From: Eledone cirrhosa
Taxonomy: Eukaryota
DNA: 64,000 bases
Assembly (NCBI GenBank): GCA_964016885.1
Contig: OZ024749.1
Span: 53,940,001 to 54,004,000 of the forward strand
Direction: 5' to 3'
The position numbers and the translations under genes are program-made. Shown here in pieces: positions 22,201 to 35,362 of this stretch. Under the pieces are notes generated by a model that was not told where the DNA came from, did no database searches, and saw only the letters and a list, made by a program, of their open reading frames with translations. Positions within the stretch are counted from its first letter, which is position 1; the number at the start of each line of letters is the position of its first letter.

Positions 22201-25200
22201 TTGAAAAAAAAAACTGAACATGTTGGTAAAAATAGAATTATTTCTAAGATTTTTATGTAAGCTCCTTTTAAATTGATTTTTCTCTAAAACTTACTTTGTT
22301 GTGACATTTAAATATATTTTTATTACAGCACAGTGAGTTGTGTAAATGTTCCTTGGTTCTGGTTGATAAAATAGCAAATGGCAAGTATGATTAACTGAAA
22401 GAACCATTCAGCCTCATGTGACTCATGCCAGTTAATAGCTGTCTATATCGAAATCAAGCTAAGTAGGGAGGTTGTTTAAGGGTTAAGTGGTTAACGGACA
22501 TTGGATGGTTCCGCTGTTATTGCTATGTATAGAAACCCATCGAAGAATAGCTGGCAATTTGTCAGTTCTGTTTGTCAGGCAATTAGGTAACAAAACCTAG
22601 GTCTTATACCAATTTCACCAAGATGCCACTGTAAAAAAATAACCATTACAGGTTACATCACAGATTCGAGATTTAACACAATATCAATTATTTATTTTTG
22701 TATTTGTTGTACAAGATTTTTGATGTGAAAACGTGTGTTGAAACAGATACTGTTATACTTTGAGAGGGTCATGCTGCCAATAAAAACTCACACACAGGTG
22801 AGTTTCACTTCAATTTATTATAATTTCCCCTCAGTTTAATAACCAGATGGTTGTTTAGTTGTTGATTGTTATCAAAGGTCTTTCATCACTCATTCTGTGA
22901 CCTCATCAATGACTACTTTTGTTACTTTGTGTCTCCTCATTGTTGTTTTCCACCATCTTGTCTTTATGAACTGTGCAAACATTACATCTGTGTGTGTTTT
23001 TATTAATTTATCTTTTCTCTCTTTCCTACTTGTCACTAATTAGCTAATTGTTATCCTGCTTTGTGTATTCTATGTGTGTGTGTCTGGGGGTGGGGTGGGG
23101 CTGTCTGTGTATCTTATTAGTTTTGTTCTTGTCTGTCTTAATATTGTTCTTAAGTTACTGTTGTGAGGTTATTATTCCATTCATGTTTTGTTATGAAAAA
23201 CAATGTGTTTGTGTATATGTATGAAGGGGAGACAGATAGGTTAATGATGTGACGGAGGAATTTAGAGAGAGTAAAAGATGACAGACAGAACAGATTGTCA
23301 GCGAACTGACCTGGCCAGGAGTGGCTAAACTGACCACAGTCAAACTCTACTAGTAATGAAATCTTTGGTCAAATAAGAGAATGCTAGTTTGCAGCAGTGA
23401 CTTTTATATTAGCAAAAGACCTCCCATTGTTCCTGGTCAATTGGTCTGAAGTTGATTAATATCAATATGTCAATACAATATTAAAATAGCCATAGTTTTA
23501 TAGTAGAACAACTCGGTTAATGTATGATTTCACAACAATTTTAAACATAACACAAACCAATCATTTAAGGCATGTGTATTCTATACTTGACATAAAATGG
23601 TTAAATACATTCTTTTATTTTTTGTTGATTAGTATAAGACATTAGAAAGACATAGAAATTATTGATTTGGCCCTAAGACAAAGAAGAATCGATTTATTTC
23701 ACCCTGATTCTTATTCCATGGCCAATATATAAATAAATCAATATTTCCAATATCATAAAGTGATTGCTATTTTTAATTTCTTTTTTTAAAATGTCAATGT
23801 TATTCTGGAGATTTAGAAAGTTCAATGGTGAAATATATTTTATATAGAGTTTGTATTGTGAGACACTCCTCTCCACCCACCTCAATAGTTGCTCATCTTC
23901 TGCATTTTCTGGCAACATCACTCCCTCCAATAGTGCCAAGTAGCATAGAAACTACCAGGAAATGTCTTCGTTGTTTGGGTCCACACTGTAAATATATATT
24001 TTACATAGTGATGCACACCACCACATCTACTTTGTTATTTGTTAATTAGTGGTTATATCTTCTGTATTTTCTGACAATCTCAGACCTTCCAGTAATGCCA
24101 AGCAGTTTTGAAACTACAAGGTCTTGGTTGTTTTTGGTCCACACTGTATTGGCATTCTTTTCTTTCTTTTCCTCCATGTAACCATCACATTAAACTAGGT
24201 GCAACTTTAACCATTTCAACTAGGCAGTAATTACTTTATTTTACTACTTACTGAGGAGTTGTTTTTTCTCTCAGTTTTGGTCTGGTTCTTACCTGCTTCT
24301 TCTGCCTCTGCTCTCTCTCTAGTTCACAAATCCATGTTCTGCTAACCTTCATATGCCTTTCATAAATTCATAAGCCAGTCAAATAGAACATTGGGTCTGA
24401 CTATGAAGGAGTGACGCTAGAGCTGTGAAATCTTGTATACAATAATTACGACTCTTATTATTTATAACTGCATTCTTTCTTTCCAGAGACTATGTTGAAA
24501 AATAAACCTCATTTGGTCATTCCATGAGAATATCTTTGTCAGGCTTTGAACTTCTCAGTTGACTCTTACATGGTTAGTAAAAAAGTAATTTTATGTATTT
24601 AGTCTGTCATGGCTTACTAGCTCTATACGATCGTTTAAATTGATTAAATAAATAAATAGATATATAAATAAATAAACAGTATTGAACACAACACATCCAA
24701 ATTATTGTAATTTTTTTTACTGCGTAATACTTTATAAAATTGGTTAACAAATTATATTGAATTGTAGAAACATTTCATTCAGTTTAAATGTACAAATTAT
24801 ATTTTTATAATTATAGAAAGATTCCATCACAATCAAAGAAAAAAAAAAAGTTGGGGGTATGAAAAAATTATAGTTTAACAAAAATGTTTTTCATCAAATC
24901 TTTATCTTTCATATATGGAGATGAAAGTGGGGATAAAAAAACAAAAATAATAATAATGATGATAATAATAATAATAATTGTTTCTATTTTTGGCACGAGG
25001 CCAACAATTTGAAGGGGAAAGTGGGAGAAAGTCAATTAAATCGACCCCCAGTGTATTACTGGTACTTTATTTTATCGACCCCTGTAAGGCTGAAAGGCAA
25101 AGCTTAACCTTGGCGGGATTTTAACTCAGAACATAAAGGGCCGTAGCTCTCTGCCACGAAGCAGGGTGTTCGGCGCTCTACTGATTCTGCCAATCCACCA

Positions 25201-25604
25201 TCCTCAATAATAATAATTGTTTCTACTTTTGGCACAAGGCCAACAATTAACCCAGTGTATTACTGGTACTTTATTTTATCGACCTCGGCGGGATTTGAAC
25301 TCAGACCGTAAAGGGACGTAACTCTTTGCTGCAAAGCATCTTATCCGACCCTCTACCGATACTGCCAAATAATAATAATAATGATAATAATAATAATAAT
25401 AATTCAAGGATTACAAGTAATTTTTTGATTATTACTGTAAAACTACTTCATTCTGATTCCAAACCAGCACAAATTAATGGGGAATAAGTTTAATTAGTAA
25501 TCAATAACTTAAAAAAAAAGAGTTATCTTGGTAGAGTAAAAATCTCTAGCCACAAGAAGAAATTAATCCCAGTATTAGGAATATGAAGTTTATCTATCTG
25601 TAGC

Positions 25605-26282
25605 CAGAGGTGTAACTAGGGAAAATAGCGCCTATGGCAAGCAGTGAAATTGTCCCCTTGTCCAAAACAGCACTGTATTTTTACCTATGGCAAGCAGTGA
25701 AATTGTCCCCTTGCCCAAAACAGCACTGTATTTTTACCTATGGCAAGCAGTAAAATTGTCTCCTTGCCCAAAACAGCACTGTATTTTTACCTATGGCAAG
25801 CAGTAAAATTGTCTCCTTGCCCAAAACAGCACTGTATTTTTACCTATGGCAAGCAGTGAAATTGTCCCCTTGCCCAAAACAGCACTGTATTTTTACCTAT
25901 GGCAAGCAGTAAAATTGTCCCCTTGCCCAAAACAGCACTGTATTTTTACCTATGGCAAGCAGTGAAATTGTCCCCTTGCCCAAAACAGCACTGTATTTTT
26001 ACCTATGGCAAGCAGTAAAATTGTGGCCTTGCCCAAAACAGCACTGTATTTTTACCTATGGGTCTAATAATTTATATAAATGGTTTAATGATCCAGCCAC
26101 CATAGTGTTTCTCACCCATGATAATCAAAGATAAATCATACATCTGAAGAAGTTTCTTTTTTTCACTCTCCAATGATAGCTTATCTGACTTTAATAGAAC
26201 ATGCTCCTAATCCAAGTGGCGCCCCCTTTCAAGTGTTGCCCATGGCACATACCATGCTTGCTATACCCTAGTTACGCCTCTG
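25605..26282. mobile_element. hAT-type non-autonomous DNA transposon with internal minisatellite
   Basis: 17-bp TIRs CAGAGG(T/C)GTAACTAGGG (16/17 match) and 8-bp TSD TCTGTAGC (25597-25604, 26283-26290). Confidence 0.88.
25631..26060. repeat. Minisatellite, 53-bp unit, about 8 copies
   Basis: CCTATGGCAAGCAGT(G/A)AAATTGTC at 25631, 25684... Confidence 0.95.
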
Positions 26283-26518
26283 TCTGTAGCTACAACAATT
26301 TGTAGATAGATGAAAAACAACTACCAAGAACATTTAGATTATATTGTCTGTTTATTTTTTTTACTAGAAATAGTAATGTCGGCAAATTGTAAATAGATAA
26401 ATTATTGAACAAGGGACATCTCATGTTTTGTGTTTCTATTTCACAAACTACTTAACCATACTGGAAAAATATCACTTTCACTATGAAATTTTCAAAAAAA
26501 TAAGGTATCATGGAGATA

Positions 26519-26716
26519 CAAGGGTCAATTGAAAGGGTCATAGGCTGACTATGTAGGAGTGATGCTAGAGCTTTGAAATCTTGCATGCATTAATTTCAAC
26601 TCTTCTTAATAATAACTGCATTGTTTCTCTCCAGGGACTATGTTGAAAAATAAACCTCATTTGGTCATTCCATGAGAGTATCATGGTCAGCCTATGAACC
26701 TTTCAGTCGACCCTTG
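26519..26716. mobile_element. mariner-like MITE
   Basis: TA-CAAGGGTC...GACCCTTG-TA with about 30-bp TIRs; degenerate copies at about 24385-24570 and 63290-63450. Confidence 0.8.
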
Positions 26717-27357
26717 TATAGAATTGAGAAGATTGTGGTTCAGAATTAAACTTCAGTTCTTTTATTTTAAACTTAATGGGTCACAACAGGAAGAACTGAA
26801 GAAAAAAAAGAATCTTTTAGAATATTATTATTTATTTATTGTTTTTGTTGAAAATATAAAGAAATTTGATAAATTTTTGGTCAACATTTTCCAAAAGAAA
26901 AGAAAGAAAAATATATAAAGATAAAGATATTTGAAAAAGAATGATCATGGTGTCACAACCAGAACTTCAAAGATCATATCGGTAATGTGTATGCATGTAT
27001 GTGTGTGTATATGTGTGTATGTATGAGTATGTATGTGTGTAAGTGATCTGTTTATTCGTTTTAACAGATACAGAAATAGATTCTTTTCATATAAACTTTT
27101 ATTCGAAACTGAAAATTGTATAAAATAATATATTTGGTAAAATATTCAAAGGGGGTAAAAGCATGGACTTAAAACAGGCCCCCCACCCCCCAAAATTGGG
27201 TAAAATCATGGACTTGTTCCCCCTGCACACCTAAATTTAATTTCATTTGACTAACGGTGGTTCATCATTTGATTTCAACTTCTAAAACTAAAGTAAAATC
27301 AATTCTGAATTTATTTTCAAGAACATGTATGGTGATGATGATGATGATAAATATATA

Positions 27358-28065
27358 TATCATACCATCAACATTATCATGTTAACCCTATCATATCATC
27401 AACATTATAATGTTATCCCTATCATATCATACCATCAACATTATCATGTTAACCCTATCATACCATCAACATTATAATGTTATCCCTATCATATACCATC
27501 AACATTATCATGTTAACCCTATCATATCATCAACATTATAATGTTATCCCTATCATATCATACCATCAACATTATCATGTTAACCCTATCATATCATCAA
27601 CATTATCATGTTAACCCTATCATATCATCAACATTATAATGTTATCCCTATCATATCATACCATCAACATTATCATGTTAACCCTATCATATCATCAACA
27701 TTATCATGTTAACCCTATCATATCATCAACATTATAATGTTATCCCTATCATATCATACCATCAACATTATCATGTTAACCCTATCATATCATCAACATT
27801 ATCATGTTAACCCTATCATATCATCAACATTATAATGTTATCCCTATCATATCATACCATCAACATTATCATGTTAACCCTATCATATCATCAACATTAT
27901 CATGTTAACCCTATCATATCATCAACATTATAATGTTATCCCTATCATATCATACCATCAACATTATCATGTTAACCCTATCATATCATCAACATTATCA
28001 TGTTAACCCTATCATATCATCAACATTATAATGTTATCCCTATCATATCATACCATCAACATTAT
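27358..28065. repeat. Minisatellite of interspersed 31- and 36-bp variant units
   Basis: AACATTATCATGTTAACCCTATCATATCATC and AACATTATAATGTTATCCCTATCATATCATACCATC. Confidence 0.95.
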
Positions 28066-28119
28066 ACTTTCCTAGTTTTTCATTTGGTCTTCACTTTCTG
28101 GTAGAAGCAACAACTCCAA

Positions 28120-28154
<35 letters not shown>

Positions 28155-28459
28155 CAAACACACACACACACATATATATACAAACACACACACACACATA
28201 TATATACAAACACACACACACATATATATATATACAAACACACACACACATATATATATATATACAAACACACACACACATATATATATATACAAACACA
28301 CACACACATATATATATATACAAACACACACACACATATATATATATACAAACACACACACACATATATATATATACAAACACACACACACACATATATA
28401 TATACAAACACACACACACATATATATATACAAACACACACACACACACATATATACAA

Positions 28460-28496
<37 letters not shown>

Positions 28497-30071
28497 CAAA
28501 CACACGCACAACATCTTCATTATCATCGTTTAACATCTATCTTCCATGCTAGCATGGGTTAGACAGGTATATATATATATATATACACACACATACACAC
28601 ATTATATATAGATATATATATATACAGACACACACAGTGAAATGTGGTAACAGAAGTGCCCTATAATAATTGTTTCTACTCATGGCACAAGGCCAGCAAT
28701 TACCCAGTGTATTACTGGTACTTTATTTTACCGACCCCCGTAAGGATGAAAGGCAAAGTTAACCTCAGCGGGAATTGAACTCACCGCCCTATAATAATAT
28801 ATTATAATATAGTGCCCTATAATAATATATTATATACAGAAAGAAGACAAGAGACTTTTAAAGGGTTAATTTGAAGTTGGAAGAGAAAAAGGAGCGAAAC
28901 TAAAACTGAAGTAGTCTTATTATAAGTTGAATTAGGCTTTAATGTAAAAAATATAACATTGAATTTATGGATATATATGTGTGTTATCTGTGTGTATGTA
29001 TTTGCATGTGTATATATTTGCATGTGTATATATTTGCATGTGTATATATAAAGAGATTAACAGAAGTGATACAAATATGGTGAAACAGTCCTCATTATAG
29101 GCTACTTGATATCTTGTATACCTGTATGTATGTATGTATGTATATATAAATATGTATATATATATATATATGTGTGTGTGTGTATATATAGTGAAAGAGT
29201 GAAGAATAACGATAATTTGTTATCCTATATATATATATGTGAGTGTGCGTGTATATATATATATATATATATATCATTGTTTAATGTCCATCTTCCACTA
29301 TGTACATATATACATGTATATATACACACACACAAACATATGTAATCACAAGGTAAGAATGTATTGTGAGATTATTAGGTTTTGTTGTGATAATCATCCA
29401 ATAATTTATAAACCATTTTTTAAACAGAATTTCAGAACATATATTCATTTTATATATAAAATATATATATATATACTTTATATTTTTATATGTATATTTT
29501 ATATATATTTATATATGTTTTGTATAAAGTTATATATATTTCATGTATATTTCATATTTATTATATATATATATATTTTATACACTTTCATTTATGATAT
29601 TTCAGATAAAAGAGAATGGAAAAAAAAAAAAGAATTATAAAATAAAAATGATAAAAAAAGCTATAAAAATGATATATTTATTTGTATCTAATAATACATG
29701 TTTGTTTGTCGAATGATATAAATCTTGTCACCATCGTTTATTAACACATTCACATATATAAAACATTTGTTTGTTGATAACTGTGTGTTGAGGAATATCT
29801 TTGCACATGCTGTGTCCTTCTTCAATGATCCTATATACAGATAATATTGTGTGTGTCTGTGTGGGCTTGGATGTGTGTGCTTGGGCTTGGATGTGTGTGT
29901 CTGTGTGGGCTTGGATGTGTGTGCTTGGGCTTGGATGTGTGTGTCTGTGTGGGCTTGGATGTGTGTGTCTGTGTGTGCTTCTATGTGTATGTCTGTGTAT
30001 GCATCTCTCGATCTTTATATTTGCATGTATACATATATGTATGTCTGGCTAATTTGCAGTCTGTATGTATG

Positions 30072-30121
<50 letters not shown>

Positions 30122-30191
30122 TACATTATATGTGTTTGTATTGTATGTTACAAATGTAATATAAGCATATGTATGTATATGTACACACATG

Positions 30192-30227
<36 letters not shown>

Positions 30228-30374
30228 TACATTATATGTGTTTGTATTGTATGTTACAAATGTAATATAAGCATATGTATGTATATGTACACACATGTAT
30301 GTATATGTACACACATGTATATATATATATACACACACATGTATATATATATATATATATACATGTAACAAGAA

Positions 30375-30635
30375 TAATATTTACTTTGTTCTACTCAGAG
30401 ATACCAAGCCCAAATGGAACATATGTCTCCAAAAACAATAACTCTCCAAATGAGTGGGCAATGGTGAACTAAACATACCAGGGGGTGCTATTAACACACA
30501 ATAGATCTTCTGAAACTCTATTTATTATTACTACCATTATATATATATATATTGTTCACCATTGCCCAGTCATTTGGAGAGTTATTCTTTTTGGTAGAAT
30601 CCATTTCGGCTTGGAATCTAGGAGTAAAACATTAT
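30375..30635. mobile_element. Foldback MITE with imperfect 80-95-bp arms
   Basis: ATAACTCTCCAAATGAGTGGGCAATGGTGAAC vs GTTCACCATTGCCCAGTCATTTGGAGAGTTAT. Confidence 0.7.
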
Positions 30636-30841
30636 ATATACACACACACACATATATATATATAGTGTATATGTGTACATGTATAATGTATATATATATA
30701 TATAATATTACTTGTATATATATTATATGATATATATATGTAAAACTTAAGCCAAAATCTCATGTCAAGTCATTGAGATACCTACGTATTAGATATATAG
30801 GCACATATCTTTATGTACACACACATGTATTTATGTATATA

Positions 30842-30891
<50 letters not shown>

Positions 30892-31023
30892 TATATATAC
30901 CCAAAATCAGGTCGAATGATTAAGGAGTTGCTTCACAACCAATTTTATTGGACTTCAGTCCTGCTGTGATATCTTGGGTTGACCAGTGGCAGTGGAAATT
31001 GCTACATGTATATATGTCCTCAT

Positions 31024-31064
<41 letters not shown>

Positions 31065-31794
31065 AGACTAAATCAAGTCTGAGCCCTAGCATGGTTGTAG
31101 TCTACTGATTGAAACAAATATATATATATATTTATATATACATATATATATATACTTATATGAATATATATATACATATTATATATAAATATGTATATAC
31201 ATATATGTATATATATATATGTTTATATACATATAAATACATTTATATACATATATATGTATATATATAATAAATGTTAAAATACTATATTTGTAATCAT
31301 CACAGAATAAATTGTGAGAGAAATGAAATTTTTTATTATTTTTCTTTTTACTTATTTCAACAAGCTAAAACATAAAAAATAAAATATAATTTTAGTTGTT
31401 TAAATATTTCATTTCTTTCGAAATAGATTTATTGACCATTGTCCCTCTCCCACTCTTCCCCAAAGAAACATTGTTATGAAACAAACTGAAAGATATGGAA
31501 TATATCTATCATTGATATAAATCACTTTGTAAAAGAAACAGAATTGTCTTCTAGAATTTCCTGGAAAAAGATAATATGACTAGTTTCTTGGAAAGAAAAG
31601 AAATGAAAAATGCAAAACAATTGGCTCATTTTCTTTGGGATTTTCTTTAAAAGATCCTGCTGCTTTCTTTGTGTGTGTAGTTCGTGTGTTATGATAATCT
31701 GATTTATGTTGTAATATATATATATATATATATGTGAAGGATTTCCAAAGAATGGTTCAAGAAAAAAAAAAATATGAATAAGATCTCAACACAA

Positions 31795-31975
31795 ATGCAT
31801 TCTACCTAAGGTTTGAAACTCCAACCAGCATAGGACATAGGCTTTCTAAATCTGCTAACCAAAATGGCCTGGACATTCAACCATCTTGGTTTTATCTGAA
31901 GATAGCTAAACTAGCAGATATAGCCTGTGTATTTTCTATGCTGGTTAATATTTGAAACCCTAGGTAGCGTTCATT
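31795..31975. mobile_element. Foldback MITE (CTACCTA(A/G)GGTTT TIR family)
   Basis: Imperfect inverted ends; related element at 62835-63010. Confidence 0.6.
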
Positions 31976-32403
31976 ATATATATATAATTTTATATCTGTT
32001 TACTAAAGTGGTATTGGTTGGAAGGATTATCATGTTTGGAAATAAAACAGGAGTTATATTCACTTTGTCTTGCTCATAGAGATAGATTCAATGCCCAAGT
32101 GGAATATATAAGCAAAACATGGTCATCTGATTCCTGTTTAGACTCCTCAGAATGTAACAAACTTTGCAACCCATATCACTGTGGCAAACATGTAAAATAG
32201 GGAAGATATATATATATATATGTGAGGATATATAATACATATGTGTGTATATATATATGTTTATTATTAGCACAGATTAAGAGTTTAAGGAAGCAATTTC
32301 ACCCTAGAGCAGGATTTCCTTGGATTTATTAATACTACTCTATATTTATATGTACACACACATGTATATGTATACACATACATACACACATATATATATT
32401 TTT

Positions 32404-32530
32404 ATTTTATATAGAAATGACTTCTACCAGACTAGAACTGTTTCAGTCATATGAAATAATCAGGACATTCCTGATGATTTCATATGCATGAAACAGTTCT
32501 AGTCCTGTAGAAGTCATTTCTATATAAAAT
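32404..32530. repeat. Imperfect palindrome with decayed hammerhead-like core
   Basis: ATTTTATATAGAAATGACTTCTAC...GTAGAAGTCATTTCTATATAAAAT; CTGATGA at 32471, GAAAC at 32490. Confidence 0.8.
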
Positions 32531-32589
32531 TACAAAAAAATGTCTATACTCTACTAATGTATTGAGTACCTTTTTAAACTGTGGAATCT

Positions 32590-32676
<87 letters not shown>

Positions 32677-33008
32677 ACAAATTCAGCAGCAGATATTTTT
32701 TTTGTAAAAATCTTTTAACCAATACAGGAAGGACAAAATGATGTTCTTTGCTCTTTCAAGGATTATTATTCAAGTCATTGTCCACGTGTATATATGTATA
32801 TATATATGTATATATATATATATTACGTATATATGTATATATAATGTATATATAATATAATACTAGAAGATAGATAGATCTATCTGTATTGTAGGATTAT
32901 TAGATTGTTCACTAAACATATATGAAGTGAAGTGATGTGAGGTTGAAAGGCTGGTGAGGTGGTGGTGGTGGTGGTGGTAGCATGGAAGAGAACCTCTCAT
33001 TTCTTTTT

Positions 33009-33127
33009 TCAGATATGGTAAGCTGCACTTTTGTTTTTTGCTGCATGACAGGATAACAAGGAACAGAGTAGGGTAACTCCTGCAGCCCCACCAGTCATAT
33101 AGAATGCCCATGACAGTGTACACATCC
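33009..33127 (-). CDS. LHFPL6: LHFPL6/LHFP-like tetraspan protein, last coding exon (GMCTLSWAFYMTGGAAGVTLLCSLLSCHAAKNKSAAYHI*)
   Basis: TTCCTTGTAG| acceptor, phase 1 compatible with the upstream exon; GxCxxxWAxY + TM4 of the LHFPL family; TGA at 33011-33009. Confidence 0.88.
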
Positions 33128-33770
33128 CTACAAGGAAACAAGAAATTAGGATTAGTCTTATCGTATATAAAACATTTAAGGAACGAGGAAACAATGTTTC
33201 CATTGGGCTTTCCAATTGCTAACACTATTTCTTGGTAGCAACTCCAGGTAGAAGGAGCAACGTAAAATAATGTGTCTTGCTCAAGGACATAACGCGTCGC
33301 CTGGTCCAGGATTCAAACTCACAAGCTCAAGATTGTGAATCCAATTCTCTAACCACTCAACCTTCACTATATAAAACATATCAATCAATAAGTTCAAATT
33401 TCGCCAAGGTTAACTTTGCCTTTCATTCTTACAGGGTCAATAAAATAAAGTACCAGTAATGCACTGGGATTGATTTAATCAACTTTGCCCTCTGTGGCAC
33501 ATGGAAAATTGTTGACTTGTAGGAATGGTTCATGTGATTTTGAGCCGGCTATCATTTGACAAGATGAAGCAATCGCCCCACATAGACATGTATGTGTAGA
33601 AATCCATATATATATACTATAAGGATAAGGAACAAGGATTCATAGTTAATAACATATTACATATGTTTCACTAGCGGTCAGCTCGAGGCAAGATCTATTA
33701 TAGATCAAACCTGACTCTGAAATCGAAAGGTTATCAGATATGCTTAGTATATGAATTCATCTCCGACATA

Positions 33771-33856
<86 letters not shown>

Positions 33857-33858
<2 letters not shown>

Positions 33859-34200
33859 CCTCTATCCTCACTCCCAGTGGTTTAACCGCGCGATAGGGTG
33901 TCCAGTGAAGTACCCCTAGCCTTTGTCAGGGCATTCTTCTAGGAGAAGGCAACTCAGGAAACTGGGATAGCTCCGATATAAAACCTGCGGCTCAGTTACC
34001 AATGATGTTGATCTTTTCTTCTTTTCGGGTTATAGCTACTGTCTCTCAGAAAGTGGGATTGGCTCAGTGAACAGTCTTTCCTCACTTTAAAAAATATCTT
34101 CACGCACAAGCATTGCACGATAGAATTAATTAATAATTATTAATAATGGTATACTGTGCAATGGCCATACTCGATAACGAGGGAGCAGCCATCATCATCG

Positions 34201-34203
<3 letters not shown>
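33857..34203 (+). mobile_element. Non-autonomous retroposon (RTE-like) with (CAT)n tail
   Basis: Ends GGCCATACTCGATAACGAGGGAGCAGCCATCATCATC; a similar end occurs on minus at about 51475-51510. Confidence 0.5.
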
Positions 34204-34251
<48 letters not shown>

Positions 34252-34415
34252 AATACATACATATTTATATGTATACAAATATACATACATACATGTATGC
34301 AAATATATATATATATATACATACATGCAAATAGTTATATGTGTATATGTATACATACATACATACATACATACATACATACATACATACATACATACAT
34401 ACATACATACATACA

Positions 34416-34451
<36 letters not shown>

Positions 34452-35192
34452 TATACATACATACATATATATATATACATACATATATATATATACATAC
34501 ATATATATATATACATACATATATATATATACAAACATATATATATATACAAACATATATATATATACATACATACATACATACATATACATACATACAT
34601 ACACATACATATATACACATACATATATACACATACATACATACATACACATACATACATATATATACATACATACATACATACACATACATACATACAT
34701 ACATACACATACATACATACATATATATACATACATACATATATATACATACATACATACATATACATACATATATATACATACATACATACATATACAT
34801 ACATATATATACATACATACATACATATACATACATATATATATACACATACATACATATATATGCATACATATATATATATACATACATATATATGCAT
34901 ACATACATATATATGCATACATACATATATATGCATACATACATATATATGCATACATACATATATATACATACATACATATATATATATACATACATAT
35001 ATATATATATACATACATATATATATATATATATACATACATATATATATATACATACATATATATATATACATACATATATATATATATACATACATAC
35101 ATATATATATACATACATACATATATATATACATACATATATATATATATATACATATATATATACATATACATATATATATACATATACAT
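34203..35192. repeat. Compound (TA)n/(CATA)n microsatellite, about 1 kb
   Basis: Direct inspection. Confidence 0.97.
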
Positions 35193-35194
35193 AA

Positions 35195-35362
35195 AAAAAT
35201 AACCACTACCACAGTCACCAACAGTCTTCTAAACAGGAAACTTCTTCCTCTTTTTTAGCCATAATGAATCTGGCAAAAGAACTGGAAAAAAACATTCGAG
35301 CTATCACCCAGCACCACCCTCCACTATCACCCCACTGCACAAACTCCCATTGCTGCCATTAA
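35195..35362 (+). pseudogene. C-terminal remnant of LINE ORF1 ([43 protein letters not shown]...CCH*)
   Basis: Open 55-codon frame starting at the microsatellite junction and overlapping ORF2 by about 130 nt; identity as ORF1 is inferred from position. Confidence 0.6.

Noticed and set aside
23825-24049. Cys-containing peptide faintly resembling a piggyBac transposase C-terminus
   Set aside because: Too short and degenerate to assign without a profile search.
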